Below, piece by piece: positions 1 through 13,600 of a stretch of 64,000 bases of DNA. The DNA lies in the NCBI GenBank assembly GCA_044892505.1, contig CM097883.1, forward strand, positions 440,572,001-440,636,000, given 5' to 3'. Below the pieces are notes generated by a model. That model ran no database searches. It was not told the origin of the DNA and worked only from the letters and a program-made list of their open reading frames with translations. Source of the DNA: Schmidtea nova. Its lineage: Eukaryota. A program made the translations under genes and the position numbers. Within the stretch, counting starts at the first letter, position 1; each line of letters begins with the position of its first letter.

Positions 1-560
1 ATAAGATAAAAGTTGATTGCAGAAAGGCGTTTGAATCAGAAATGATAAGAGAATTCACAAAGATGCTTGATATTTAATTATGTTTTTCGAGTCCATAACA
101 TCACCAAACAAACGGTCAGATAGAAAGACAATTCAGGACAATACGGGAGCTGATAAATGCTACTCTACAGGATAGAAGGAAGACGGACTGGGCAGAGATA
201 TTACCAGAAGTCGAATTCACATTAAATGCAAACAAACAAAAAACGACAGGGAAAAGCCCGGCAGAGATAGTTTTTGGAAAAAAGATTAGCAGGGAAAAAT
301 GGTACGAGTCCAAAGAAATACCGATAAAGGAAGAACTAGAAGAACAAACAAGGAGAAAATTTAATTTAGGAGAAGAAGTGTTAGTAAAATTAGAAACACG
401 CAACAAAAGCCAGGACAGATATGAAGGTCCATACAAAGTGATCGAGAAAGTGCATGACAGACGATACATCTTAAGAAATGAAAATGGTAAAATGGTCGAA
501 AGAAATGTGGAAAAACTTAAAAATTTCTTGAGGAAGTTGGAAGATTTGAGAAATTTTTAA
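1..560 (+). mobile_element. Decayed Ty3/Gypsy LTR retrotransposon, integrase C-terminal half
   Basis: Frame 3 reads KIKVDCRKAFES..REF..*LCFSSP*HHQTNGQIERQFRTI..DWAEILPEVEFTLN..TTGKSPAEIVFG..F.LGEEVLVK..RYEGPYKV. This is an integrase core with a GPY/F motif and two in-frame stops; a purine-rich tract lies at ~530-545. Confidence 0.85.
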
Positions 561-984
561 ATTTTAAAAATTAATTTTACGATTGATTTTTAAAATATAA
601 AAATATTTTTAATTAGAAATATATTTATTGGAAATTTGTTTAAATATCAAATTATTTTGATAATATATATTTTTTTGAAATAAAAGTTATGGATTCAAAT
701 TGTTGTAAAACTGATTCTAATGTTTTAAGGGATGAAAATCCTAATACGTTGAATACAGGGTTCATCAAAATGTTTAATAATTTTATTTTATGGTTGTTAA
801 ATGATATAGTTTTTTGAGAAATATTTTATATATTTGAAATATTCAAACATTGAAAGTTTTACATTTTAATATGTACTTTATAATCAATTGTAAACAAAAT
901 TAATAAAATGGAATAAATTATATCACATTTATTTCAGTGGTTCCCAACCTGTTTGTCGCGACTCCAACGGCGGTCGCGTGACAG

Positions 985-1330
985 TTTGCCAAGAAATATA
1001 TAAATATAAAAGAAATATGATAAGGGGATTGGTTTATCGTTCTTGGACATTGCCGTCAACTTATCGTAAATCTATAAATAGTTTTGATAAATTACTTAAA
1101 TTACTACAGAATAATGGATATTCAAAATGTTTCTTGCAACGAATGGTGAGTGAAACTGTTGATAAGTGTATTTATAAGTTGAATGTGATTGATGAAAATA
1201 TTTCTCCTGGTGTTGATCCGTTTAATACTTTTGGTAGTGCTCCTTTGATTGAAACATGTGATGTTGTTATAGGAATGAATGATGGTGTTGATTGTAATAA
1301 TAATAATGAAATAAATAGAAATCACTAGCA
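985..1330 (+). mobile_element. Fragment of an old Penelope-like element (family B), RT thumb region
   Basis: YKRNMIRGLVYRSW..FDKLLKLLQNNGYS..TVDK is typical of the PLE RT C-terminus and is homologous to the minus-strand relic at 29.8 kb. A hAT-type end (cagtggttcccaacc, 935) precedes it. Confidence 0.75.
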
Positions 1331-1612
1331 AAATCAATATTTTATGCTGAGAAATCTTAGGAGAATGTCCTATATCATACTTTACTCTCGTATCTCATTG
1401 TCAAAGTCAACTATCAGCTTTTATGAACAAAATATATAGGTTTCCGGTTTCTAAAAATCACATACGCAAATAAAACTGATTCAATTATAACAATTTAATT
1501 TTTTCATACAACTATTATGGATAAAGCACATAAAGCTCAGACTTCTATATATTTTCAACTAAACTCTCCAGAAACTTGATAAAGCAATAACTTACCAATA
1601 TTCCATCTATAT

Positions 1613-2056
1613 CAGAGGTCTCAAACTCAAAGTCTAAGGCGGGCCGTGTATAACTAAAAAGCATAACATCAGGAGCCGCACTATTTAAAGTATTTACACA
1701 ATGATTAAAACACATAAATCTAGTAGTAAAGAAAGGAAAACTTAAAATTTTTTTAACACTATTCTTCTATGGGATAAAAAATTTTTAAATATGCAAATTA
1801 TTATTATTAAAACAAATGAACAATTTTAAAGAATAAATAAACTGTTTTCAATAATATTATTAGAATCCGTAGTGAAACTTTTTTTGAGTTGTAAGCAGGT
1901 GTAATCGTTCTAATAAAAATAATTTTAAAGAAAGTTCTAAATTTTAAAGCTACTCATGATTTTAATTGTTATATAAGTTTGGTTAAATTACAAAATCCAT
2001 GTGCGTCGTTTCGGGCCGCAAAAGACAACGTATAAGCCGCGTGTTTGAGACCCCTG
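1613..2056. mobile_element. hAT-type MITE
   Basis: TIRs cagaggtctcaaac / gtttgagacccctg with subterminal ggccg motifs; the 8-bp flanks (atctatat / gtatgtat) are degenerate. Confidence 0.7.
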
Positions 2057-4791
2057 GTATGTATGGTACTGGTCGATCTAGCCTGCCCTCGGGCTCTCCA
2101 GAAAATGTGTGTGCATAATAGTGTTGGTTTAAATTCATTGGCTCCATATCATTTCAAATGGCATAGACATACATATTAAAGACAACAACAATACTAAAAT
2201 GAATTGAAGTCGAAATTCCGAAAGTTATATTTGCAAAATCCATTTTTAAATACAACACGGCAATAATCCAAAATTACAAAGGCACTGAAAACAAAACTCT
2301 GTCAGAAAAACCAAAGGTTTTAAATTCCAATTTAATTCGAAATCAGAAATAATCCACCAAATACCCCAGAGAAAACAAACATTATCCAATATTAATAATC
2401 AAAATATTTAAAATTCAAAAAATCAATAAAAAAACAAAATAGCCCAGTTAAACAACAACTGTTACGGCTAATGTTTTTTCTAAAAATAATTAAATTCCAA
2501 ATCTGAATTATTTTACTCCAAGCGAAATTGAACAACCTCGCGTCTGTGTGCGCACACCAACCAAGACCACACAAAAATGTCACTACATCACCACCGTGCA
2601 CACAGACGCGACGAAATCCTTCCTGATAAAGAGCTGTACTGGAAATGTAATCACTGTTGGTATCTTTACGGGAGTTTTCTAACATTATTCTTAGCGTGAA
2701 TCCAATAGCCACGGAAACAATAAATTTAAATATTTGAACAATTCTTACACGCATTTAGCACCATATAAGATTTATATATATTTCGATAAGACCGTCTAAC
2801 GGTTTCCAGGCCCACCCCACAATCTCTCACATCAATCAAGCCCCGCTCTCAATTATCTAATTCTTGTTTAATTACTTTTAAAATATTTTAATAAGCGGGC
2901 GCGACCAGGTTCTGTTAAGAGTTCAAATGATGGAAGATGTTTTGTTATTATTTTCATTTCTTTTGAGTACATCAACTATGATAAAAGCTTTAAAATGGAG
3001 TTTATCTGGAAATGAATATTATATCTACTTAAATATTGACCATGTAGTCATATGCATATTTTACAGGCAATTAATTAATTAAACAAATTAATTAAACCCT
3101 AACCCGTATTTAACCGTTACCAGTTAACGTAGAAATTATTAGACTAACTTTATCAGAAAAACCATAAAAATGAAGGTTCAAACAAAAGTATATTACCAAA
3201 AAAGGGAGTGACCGAAATCTTTTACAACAGTCGTTGCTTATTTTTAATTACAAAGTTTTTACTAACGATTCAAGATGTTGCAAGACAGCAATGAGATTTC
3301 ATTCGCTACAAGACGATCAAATATAGCATGAGGATCAAAGGGCTACAAACCTGCTTCAACATTGCTGAAAGGTATATAAACACTTAGTTTTCTCCCGAAA
3401 AGATGTGTCCAATACACAGATTTTTATACTACAAGAACAGACTCCAAAGGATGACAGCGAAATACACGCCCACAAAACAAAGTTGAAGAAGAGCCATTAA
3501 TGAATGAACCAACAGATGGTCCATGATGTGCTCACCAGTGTTATTAAGCCCATAACTAAATAAAAAGGAGAACTGATTTCTGCAAAATACTGTATATAAA
3601 TTATAGAGTCGCAAACGTGAAACAGATAATCAAAACAAAACCGGGCAGAGCGGTTCGCTTCTAAAAAATGCGGAAAAACGCACATATTGCTGGACAGCTA
3701 AAACTTAATCGAAATCTCTGTATTGCTAATAGATTTGTCTTGTTATCTTTTCGATACGATACGGGCGATTGATGAGATATTAATATAGGTATTGAAATCG
3801 AAGCTTTTTCGCGGATTAGATTTTAAGTAGTGTGTGGCAGAAATTTAATTGTTGTTGTTGTTTAATAAATCAGGTAATTAACTCAAATAAAAATAAGGAA
3901 CAGAAGCGGATAAAATTATAAGGGACCAGAAAAATAAGTATAGTTATGACTTTTATCAGTGTTATCAAAATCTGGTCAATTGTTTGAATTTTATCAGCCG
4001 CAGAGACGTTGATAATCTTTTGCAGTCATATTCAACCACTTGGTACAGTAGCAACGTTGCTACGCAATGGGTGCTAAACGGAGAAAGATGTTTTTATGTA
4101 CTTTGTAAGTTAATAAATTGATATGCAAGATTTCAGTTTAATTACAAAACACCAACATAAAAATGAATTTGATTAGTGATTTACCGAAGGTTACGCATGA
4201 AATAGCTTGTGACAGATTTGACTAAATGGGATGCATTGGCAAGGCCAAGTGTAAGTCCTTCTATGGCAATTAGATCCCAGGAAGGCAGGGATTATAAGAG
4301 AATTATTTCAGGTAACAGAGCTCACTCGATTGACCTCTGTAAACCATGGCAGCGAGATAGCTAGTGAGTTGCCATGGATATGCAAGTGAGGATGGTTATG
4401 GTAAATTTCTTGAAGGTATATCATACATATCGGTTGGCAAGTATTAAACTTCTCCAGCATGTTACAGGTCAAGAATCGTGTTATAAAATACAGCACATAC
4501 TTGGTAAATGTACACTCGAATATTAATAAACAACAAATAAGATATTTTAAAACAATTAATCAAACTGACTTAAAAAAGTATTTCTTCAAAATTTCTGTCA
4601 TGAAAAATCTTAAAATTTCAATGATAATTTATAATTTATATTTTAGGTTTTTCTTTTGTTAATTTTTCTTATGCTTTCATTATGTTAACAGTCAGGAGCT
4701 CAACTTTATGTTTAGAAAGAATTCATTTTATTTCTTTCTAATTAAACATTGTTTTAATATTCATTAATTATTTTATTAAAATTAAAGTTAA

Positions 4792-7599
4792 ATGATTGAA
4801 TTAGACAAAAAAATTGAAACATCAGTTAATAACTGTAAAATACTACACAAAAGATCCACATTTATTTTACTTGGTTCACGAGCAACAGAAAATGTTCCTG
4901 TGATATTTTTTATTCGAAATTTCAACATAAATGACGATACAAAAATTTTATGGTGTTTTAAAAGAGAAAATAGTTTCATCAAGTAGTTATTAATTTAATT
5001 ATTAAATAATAATTTATTTTAATTATTCAAGACGTAGTGGCAAAAATACCCGAAAATTTGAGTAAGCTTCTTTTTTGCCTAATATTCAAAATAAATTTAC
5101 CATAGAAAGTCATGCAAAAAAATGAACTTAAACAACGAAAAATTTGATAATTTCACTTTCATGTATGATATAAGTTGGTGTCATTATAATGACACTGATA
5201 ACGTACTAGGAACAACTTTTGACGCTGTCATTTTACAAGATTTTGATTGCCTGACGCCAAATAAAATCGCAAAAGTCATTGAGACAGTCAAAGGCGGTGG
5301 ATTGATTATTTTTTTATTGCCCAACATCAATGACATTTCCGAATTAGGCTCGCTATCAATGGTTAATACAATTACCAATACGTTTTTGTGTCGATATATA
5401 TTTTACTTTTGTTTAAGGATTGCCATAAAAAATATCAAACATTCGCTTATAACGATGTCGATTATCGATTTAACTACAGATTCTTTTATTCGCTGATAGA
5501 TTTCCAAGACTGTTTTCTGTTGGATAATAATCTTCAAATTTTACCGATAAATTGGCACCTTACAAAATCTATCAGTGCTATCGACGAGTCTGAAATCGGG
5601 AAAAAAGATAAAAGTCTATTAAAATTAAAAGTACAAACCACAGATTTCCCCCTCTTTTCTATTTGATTCGTTTTTTCAGAAAAAGCTGAAAGTCGAGTAT
5701 AAAAACTGGGAAAATATTATCGATATTTGCGCAACTCGAGATCAAACTCATGCATTGATAAGTTTGATTGGACTGTTTAAATCGAAACCTGAAATAAATA
5801 TGACGATTAGAAAACCGAAATCTAATAGAAATCCATTTCTCGCTATGGTAACGTCTGGTAGAGGTCGCGGTAAATCCGCTCTTTTAGGAATGGCAATTGC
5901 TGTTGGTATTCACAACGGAATGTCGAGGATTTTTGTGACGTCGCCAATCATGGAAAATGTTGTCACGTTGATGCAATTTGTCATTAATGGGCTTGTGAAA
6001 TTCGGCTACGAGGAGAATCGGGATTTCGTTAGGCGTTGCAAACCTATCGAAGGCGTCAAATGTCAGGGAATTGTTGAAATTGAACTGGTGAAACATCGTC
6101 AACGGCAAGTTGTGAGATATTTGTCGCCGAATGATCACAGGAGTTTGGATAAGATCGATTTGTTGTGCATTGATGAAACCGCGGCTATTCCGTTGCCGAT
6201 CGTGAAGAAATTAATGGCGGTCGATTCGGATTTCGTTTTCATGTCGTCAACGATGCACGGATATGAAGGAACTGGCAGGAGTCTTTCTTTGAAATTGATG
6301 AAACAAATTAGGGAGGGGTTTACATCGGATGACAGGAATGGTAGGGTAAATTGTTTGTGTGATCCTGAATAGTTAGAATTTAAACAAATCAAATATAAAT
6401 AATACTATAATTAATTAAAGTCAATTATTTTATTTATTTATAAATAATCTATAATGAGTACTTTCCGGTTATCTCGGCTTCATCAAAAAATGAACAATTT
6501 CAATTTTAAAAATCTTTTTAATCCAATTTATGCAATAAACAACAGAATTATTATTTATTATTATTTTAATAATTATTATTATTTATTATATCATCAAAAA
6601 AATTTCAAAATTTCTATTCCTGCAATATTTTATTTTAAAAAATTGATATTATAAGTTATTAATACTAATAATAATAAATAATAATAATTAAATAATAATA
6701 AAAGATAAATAATTNNNNNNNNNNNNNNNNNNNNNNNNNNNNNNNNNNNNNNNNNNNNNNNNNNNNNNNNNNNNNNNNNNNNNNNNNNNNNNNNNNNNNN
6801 NNNNNNNNNNNNNNNNNNNNNNNNNNNNNNNNNNNNNNNNNNNNNNTAATAATTATAATTAATAATTATAATAATAATTATTATAATAATAAAAATAATA
6901 ATGCTTATTCTGTGGTTTAAAAAGATTTTTAAAATTGAAATTGTTTATTTTTTGATGAGGTCGAGAATACGCTTCTAAATTCCACTACAATAATCATTTT
7001 TTTTAAAGTCACCCAATGGCTGAAATTAAATATTAAAACAAACTATAAATTTATTTATTTTTATTATTTTTTATTTATTATTATAACTATTTTAATTTAT
7101 TTTTATATTTATTTTTGTTATTTTTATTTAGTAGTATTATTAATTTTTTATTATTTTAATTTAATATTATTTTAATTTATTCATTATTATTATTAATATC
7201 AAAAATTGCCATTTATTATTATNNNNNNNNNNNNNNNNNNNNNNNNNNNNNNNNNNNNNNNNNNNNNNNNNNNNNNNNNNNNNNNNNNNNNNNNNNNNNN
7301 NNNNNNNNNNNNNNNNNNNNNNNNNNNNNNNNNNNNNNNNNNNNNNNNNNNNNNNNNNNNNNNNNNNNNNNNNNNNNNNNNNNNNNNNNNNNNNNNNNNN
7401 NNNNNNNNNNNNNNNNNNNNNNNNNNNNNNNNNNNNGGTAAGATTATAGATCAAAATTTCTTTAAATAAGTACACAATATTTCGGCCAAAAATATTGTGT
7501 ACTTGTTTAAAAAAATTTTTGATCTAGTCTTACCATTACGGTAATTATTGATATTAATATTTAAAAAAGATCAAATGTGAAACAAAAAGATAATTATGA

Positions 7600-7687
<88 letters not shown>

Positions 7688-10600
7688 TATTCTTATTTTT
7701 ATTAATTTATAATTAATTATTTTATAATTATTATTTATTATCGTTATTATTTTTATAAATTATCATTTTTATTTTTATTTTATTTTTTTTATTTTTTTAT
7801 TATCATTATCATTATTTTTATTTATAACGTAGATTTATAACCTTTATATGTGTCTTATTTCAAAAAAATAAAAGAAATTTGATCCAACTTTATTATTTCT
7901 ATGCTAGCCTTACTTCGTATTAGTTGGTAATTTTTGTCTTAATATTTAAAAATTCGCAGGTCATTTTATTATGATATAAAAACATGTCAAAAAAATTTAT
8001 TGTGTTTAATCGAATAAAAGGAAATTTAAATAACTTACGTCCTGCTTTGAATAAGTCCCTGATGTAAGGTGGAAATAAAAACAGTAGAATTTTTATTTTA
8101 TAAGCACGTAAAGACCAACATAGGTCGACATTACTTTTTCTTTTGTGATCCCTATTTTTCCAAACATTTTCCCCAGCGCTTTAGTAGTTCTAGAAATTCA
8201 ATTTTGAAGAAAGCCGGTTAGCATTTTCTGCAAAACTACACTTGCTGTTAATCCTCGGCTCGTGGGAATAATTAGTTTCTTTCAATTCTAGTCTTGAAAA
8301 TGCCTATTATATAAACAGACTAATTTTCATGCAAAAACTACAGTGACGTTAGTGTATGACTGTTACTGCAACGCTGTTGCGGTACTTGGTATTAAATATT
8401 AACTGATTAGTCAGTAAATTTCAGAAGATGTAAAGCATGAACAACCGATGGTGGGAATTCCCTGATATTATCACAATTGCAGCTTCTCTCCATGTTATTT
8501 TTAGTCGACAGAATCCTTTTGGCACTAAGCGTAGTCTGATCATCTGTGAGAATATTCCACATGAATTTCCCCCTATTCTGCTACCAGATATCGATGTTTT
8601 TTTCACACGTGATACGACGATTTCCAATCATTTCACCAGAGAGGAAATGAGCTACAAATCGTGAACACAATAGTCATGTATGGACACTTCCCAATCTGAA
8701 GTTTATTTTTAGATCTTTCACCATTTTCCCAACATAAATTAGAATTATCTATTGATTTTCTAAAATTCCACATTTAATCACCTTTTACACTTAATTATGC
8801 GCTTTTTACAATATTGTTCCGATTTATATTACCTATCGCCTACACTATATCATTCTTGATTTACTTTCAATCTTGTTTAATTTTCATTTTATTTATAAAA
8901 TAATTTTATGAACTCTAATACCTCCCGAGACTCCGCATTCTTGATAAAGCACATTGTGAAAATCTTTCATATTTCGACCAAATTATATTATTGTGTATAT
9001 ATTTCGACCAATTGTCTCATGATTAATACACGCAAAATGACCAACTTTCTCTTCAAAACATTTCCCGAAAATTTTTCTGAGGTAAATATAAAATCAAAGT
9101 ATTTACCAATTTTGCATTGAAATTGGCGTGGGTCTCAGAAGGATTAAAAGCTCCACGTAATTACATCCTTAAGCGAAAAAAATACTTCTACCAGATAAGC
9201 GATACGTTCCTACGTAAAGAAAATGAAATTTTTTTTTCTCGAACAAATAAAAGTGTTATTAAATAAACAGTCAACTTCCATACAAAGTGAAATCACATTT
9301 TAAAATGAATCTAAATTTGATTGTTTTTTCTAAAATCTACTGAAGATCCATTATCCTTTGCATTCATTACATTTATAACATTCTCTTAACCTACATTTTC
9401 GAAACCAATTGAATGAATCAGCTGGAAAACTTCATTTCTAATGTTTTAGATGTTTTCTTTTTCTAGTACAACCTCTAGCCATATTGTTCTCAAAACTCCA
9501 TTTAAGCATTCCCTAGAGACCTCTTTACAAGAACTATCAATGTTTTCAATATATATTTTAATAGTGGAATTTTTTTAAAGAAGTTTTAACTGTCATTTCT
9601 ACAATCTCACTACTCTGAAACACCCAATGAAGTGTTAACAACGACCAAATGAATCGAGGATTCACCAATTGGATAATTGTCGGGTGTTGGTATTGAAATA
9701 TTTTTATGCAAAATGGGGCTTGAAATTGCGGACTGATATCAAAGCTCTGTTATTAAAAGTACCGTTAACCGACTTATTACCAACATTAAAGACAAAATAA
9801 CAAAAGGTGAATTGTAGCTTGTATAGATTATATATGTATATATGCATAAATTTTCCAAAACCAAAATGTCCAGAAATAGTCTTTGTAATAGCAGTCAAAT
9901 CTTTCTTTTCTTAATTTCATTAAAGCGTCCTGGAAAACACTTGTTTCATGTACTCTCTTCTGAATACACCATTAATTTCCATAAAAGCTCATGTTTTCCA
10001 TTTAGTATTTTCACATCTTATATTTCTAGAAAAATTTCTAGAAATAAGCTTGAAAGAACCGATAAGATACAGTAAAGATGATAATGTAGAGAGGTGGATG
10101 AATAATCTCCTGTGCCTTGATTGTGAGAATGAGTTGAATGATTCCAGTTATTCATTAAACAACAATCAACCGAGTTTAAACGACTGTCAACTGTTTTACA
10201 TAAACCGAGATGTTCTGTTTAGTTGCGGAGCAACTTCTGAGCGATTCTTACAACGAATTATGGGCATTTACGTGTCGAGTCATTATAAAGTTTTAATTAT
10301 AGTGATTGGTATTTTATTTTTTCATTTCCCACAGAATACTCCTAATGACTTACAAATGCTTTCCGACTGTTCATCACATGCATTGTTTTGCTTAGCAAAA
10401 CCTGTTTTAATGGACGATGGACTGCCCATCGTTTGCGCTGTCTTACAAATAGCATTTGAAGGCTCCATTGATCCGGTTATAGCAAAAAATAGTCTTGAAA
10501 AGGGTGTTCGTCCATCGGGTGATATGATTCCTTGGACGATTGTGCAACAAGTAATAAATTTGAGTCACACTAACAAGACATTAATTTTTGATTAGTTTAA

Positions 10601-13600
10601 TCAGTATGATTTTGTAAAATTGGCGGGCGCAAGAATTGTCCGCATTGCTGTTCATCCTAGCTTTCAAAGGCAGGGGTATGGTGGTCACGCATTGAAGTTA
10701 TTATATGACTATTTTAATCAGGAAAAGTCTTTAACTGTAAGAATTTTAATAATTTTAATCAGAAATGAACTTTTTTAAATTTTTGAACAAATCGCTTTTT
10801 AGGGTTTAGCTTGCCATCACATAAACATTTATCTTCCTATTGATTATAATCAATTTTTTTCACCATAAACACTTCACCGTAGATCGATTTTTTCTTTTTC
10901 ACTTTTTTCTATTTAATACTAAATCAATAAATTTTAAAAATTAATCTTTATCGGCCTTTTCAATTGGATTTTTTTTTAAATTCTAATTTAACAAAAACTT
11001 ATTGATTTATAAAAAGTCTTAAAAATATATATTTTTTATTTTGTTGAAATAATTCTAATCATTTATAATAAAAAAATAATCAATTTTCTAGTGAAATAGA
11101 AAACATCTTTAATACAACTTCTGACAACAACACGACTTTGTAATAAAAAAATCACAATCACCTTTGAACTGTTTTTTTTCGATTGAGCGTAGGAGATCTC
11201 CCTTTCTGGTACGCCGCGAAGAATACATTTAACTTTAACTTTCCCTTCACTCGTTTAACTTTTCCTTTTAATGATTCTTTGCTCACCTTTTTTTTATTCG
11301 ACCACTCTGGCAAATTATGGGATTTTCTTCTCGTTTATATGCTGCTCTCTCAAGCTGCCTGGCAGTGTCTCGCAATGTGATATTTCCTAATTAACTTTTT
11401 TAGAAATAAGACTCTCCGTTAATATTGCTTCTCGTGTTTCCTTAAGAAATTAATCTTCTCGGAAATAATAATCTAACTCTCTGCTTACTCTTCCCTCGCT
11501 ACTCGGGTTTCACATTAGCCGATTAATTAATTTTTTCTGGAAACCCCCTATTAATTTTATTTTACCATTTTTTATTAAACCCCAACACTAGTTATAAGAT
11601 CTTGCAATGGAAGCGACGTTCAATGTAATTTTTTGAATAGCCGCGGGGGAAATAAGCGGCGTGGGCAGTATATTTACAAAACAGTATTCAATGAGCGGTC
11701 TTTTCAGGGATAAAATTTTAATTGTAGCAAAATTTTCATAAAACTAAAACAAACAATTAAGACAAATAATCAAAAAAACATGGCAAAAATTTAATAATAG
11801 ATAAACGCCAAATAAGTACTTTGTTAATTTCTGAAAGTGACAAAAATCGATCTAATCGTCCTGAGCCGAAATATGTGTTAGTACTGCCTCATTCAGAGGG
11901 TTTCATTAGATTATCAGACATGTAGACAAGGATCAATTGAGGATTGTTTCCACGTCTTGCTAAGCTAGTAGTATGTTCAATAATAAATGTCCAACACCAT
12001 TTGGTTTGAGTTCTGAGCTCGTGTATCGATTATCATGTAATGGGTGTAATGCCACATACATTGGAGAGACTGCCCGTCATCTCTGCACCCGAGTCCTTGA
12101 GCATTTCCTACTGAATGGGCTGGCTAATATTAGTGATCATTTCAGGAAATGTATCAGTAATAATATAGTTATTTCCTATTTTTAAAATAATAGCAAAGGT
12201 TTGAGTAATTATTGGGAACGAGTAACTTATGAGGCATTGTTGATTAGATATTTAAATCCAAAAATAAATGATCAAGTTGCCCGTTCCATGGATATTTTGA
12301 ATGTGTTTAAGTCAGCGATGTCCAAACTATGGCCCGCGAGCCAAATCTGGCCCTCCAGCTTGAAAAGCTTGGCCCGTGACACTCCAAAAACGATTGAAAA
12401 AAAATTGCAAGAAAAAAATTTCTTTTTTTTTCATATTTTGAAATATTTTGTGATACAATAAAAATTTTGATAAAAAATATGGAAGAAAGATTTTCGGATT
12501 TCGATAATATTTCATCTGAAATATTACTCTTTGAAAATCCTTTTACATATGACGTGGATGAAGTTGTTCCAGATTTGCAGCTTGAACTTTGTCAGTTGCA
12601 AAGTACCAACAACTTAAAAGTGTGGTTCATAGAAAAAACCTTACTGGAATTTTATAAAGGACTATCAAAGGAAGATTTTCCAAATCTAAGGATATTTGCA
12701 TCCAGAATGTTCTCAATTTTTGGTAGCACATATATAGTGGAACAAACATATTTAAAAATGAAGTATACAAAAAATAATAATAGAAATAAATTATTAGATA
12801 GACATTTGCAGGACATTTTAAGAATCTCCACTTCCAAAATTGAACCAAAAATTACAGAATTGGCTTCATCACTTCAACATCATCCATCACATTGATAACT
12901 TAATACTTTTTATAATATTTTANNNNNNNNNNNNNNNNNNNNNNNNNNNNNNNNNNNNNNNNNNNNNNNNNNNNNNNNNNNNNNNNNNNNNNNNNNNNNN
13001 NNNNNNNNNNNNNNNNNNNNNNNNNNNNNNNNNNNNNNNNNNNNNNNNNNNNNNNNNNNNNNNNNNNNNNNNNNNNNNNNNNNNNNNNNNNNNNNNNNNN
13101 NNNNNNNNNNNNNNNNNNNNNNNNNNNNNNNNNNNNNAATAAAAGTTTATAATTTTCATTGTTTATGTATTTCCTTTTTTATATTTTTAAAAAAATTTGG
13201 CCCGCCAAGTTCTGTAAAATAATTTTTTTGGCCCACGGTAAAATAAGTTTGGGCATCGCTGGTTTAAGTAACTGGATGTTGTAAATTGTGTTTGGGGTAT
13301 AATTATGTTTGTTTATGAGAATATTTTTCATTTTTAAAATGTTGTTTTTTAATTTTATAAAAATTCATTTTATTTTTATTTTTTTAAAAAGATTTTTTTT
13401 TTATATTTTTGAAATTAAAAATTTTATGTGTAAAAATTTGTATAAAAAATTGATACAAAAAATTGATATAATTTGAGGATGATTATTATTGATTAACTTG
13501 TTTGAATATTTAGTATTTAATATTGATTATTAAATTAATCACATTTATGAACAAAATAATAAGTTTACCTTTATCATTTAAGACAAAATTCATTTTATGC

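Noticed and set aside
2100-4500. Host genes in ORFs 2392-2754, 3429-3685 and 4308-4662
   Set aside because: No recognisable motifs or consistent splice pattern; probably unclassifiable TE debris.
8380-9800. Nested gene in NAT10 intron 5
   Set aside because: Short interrupted ORFs that look like decayed transposon sequence; no family could be assigned.
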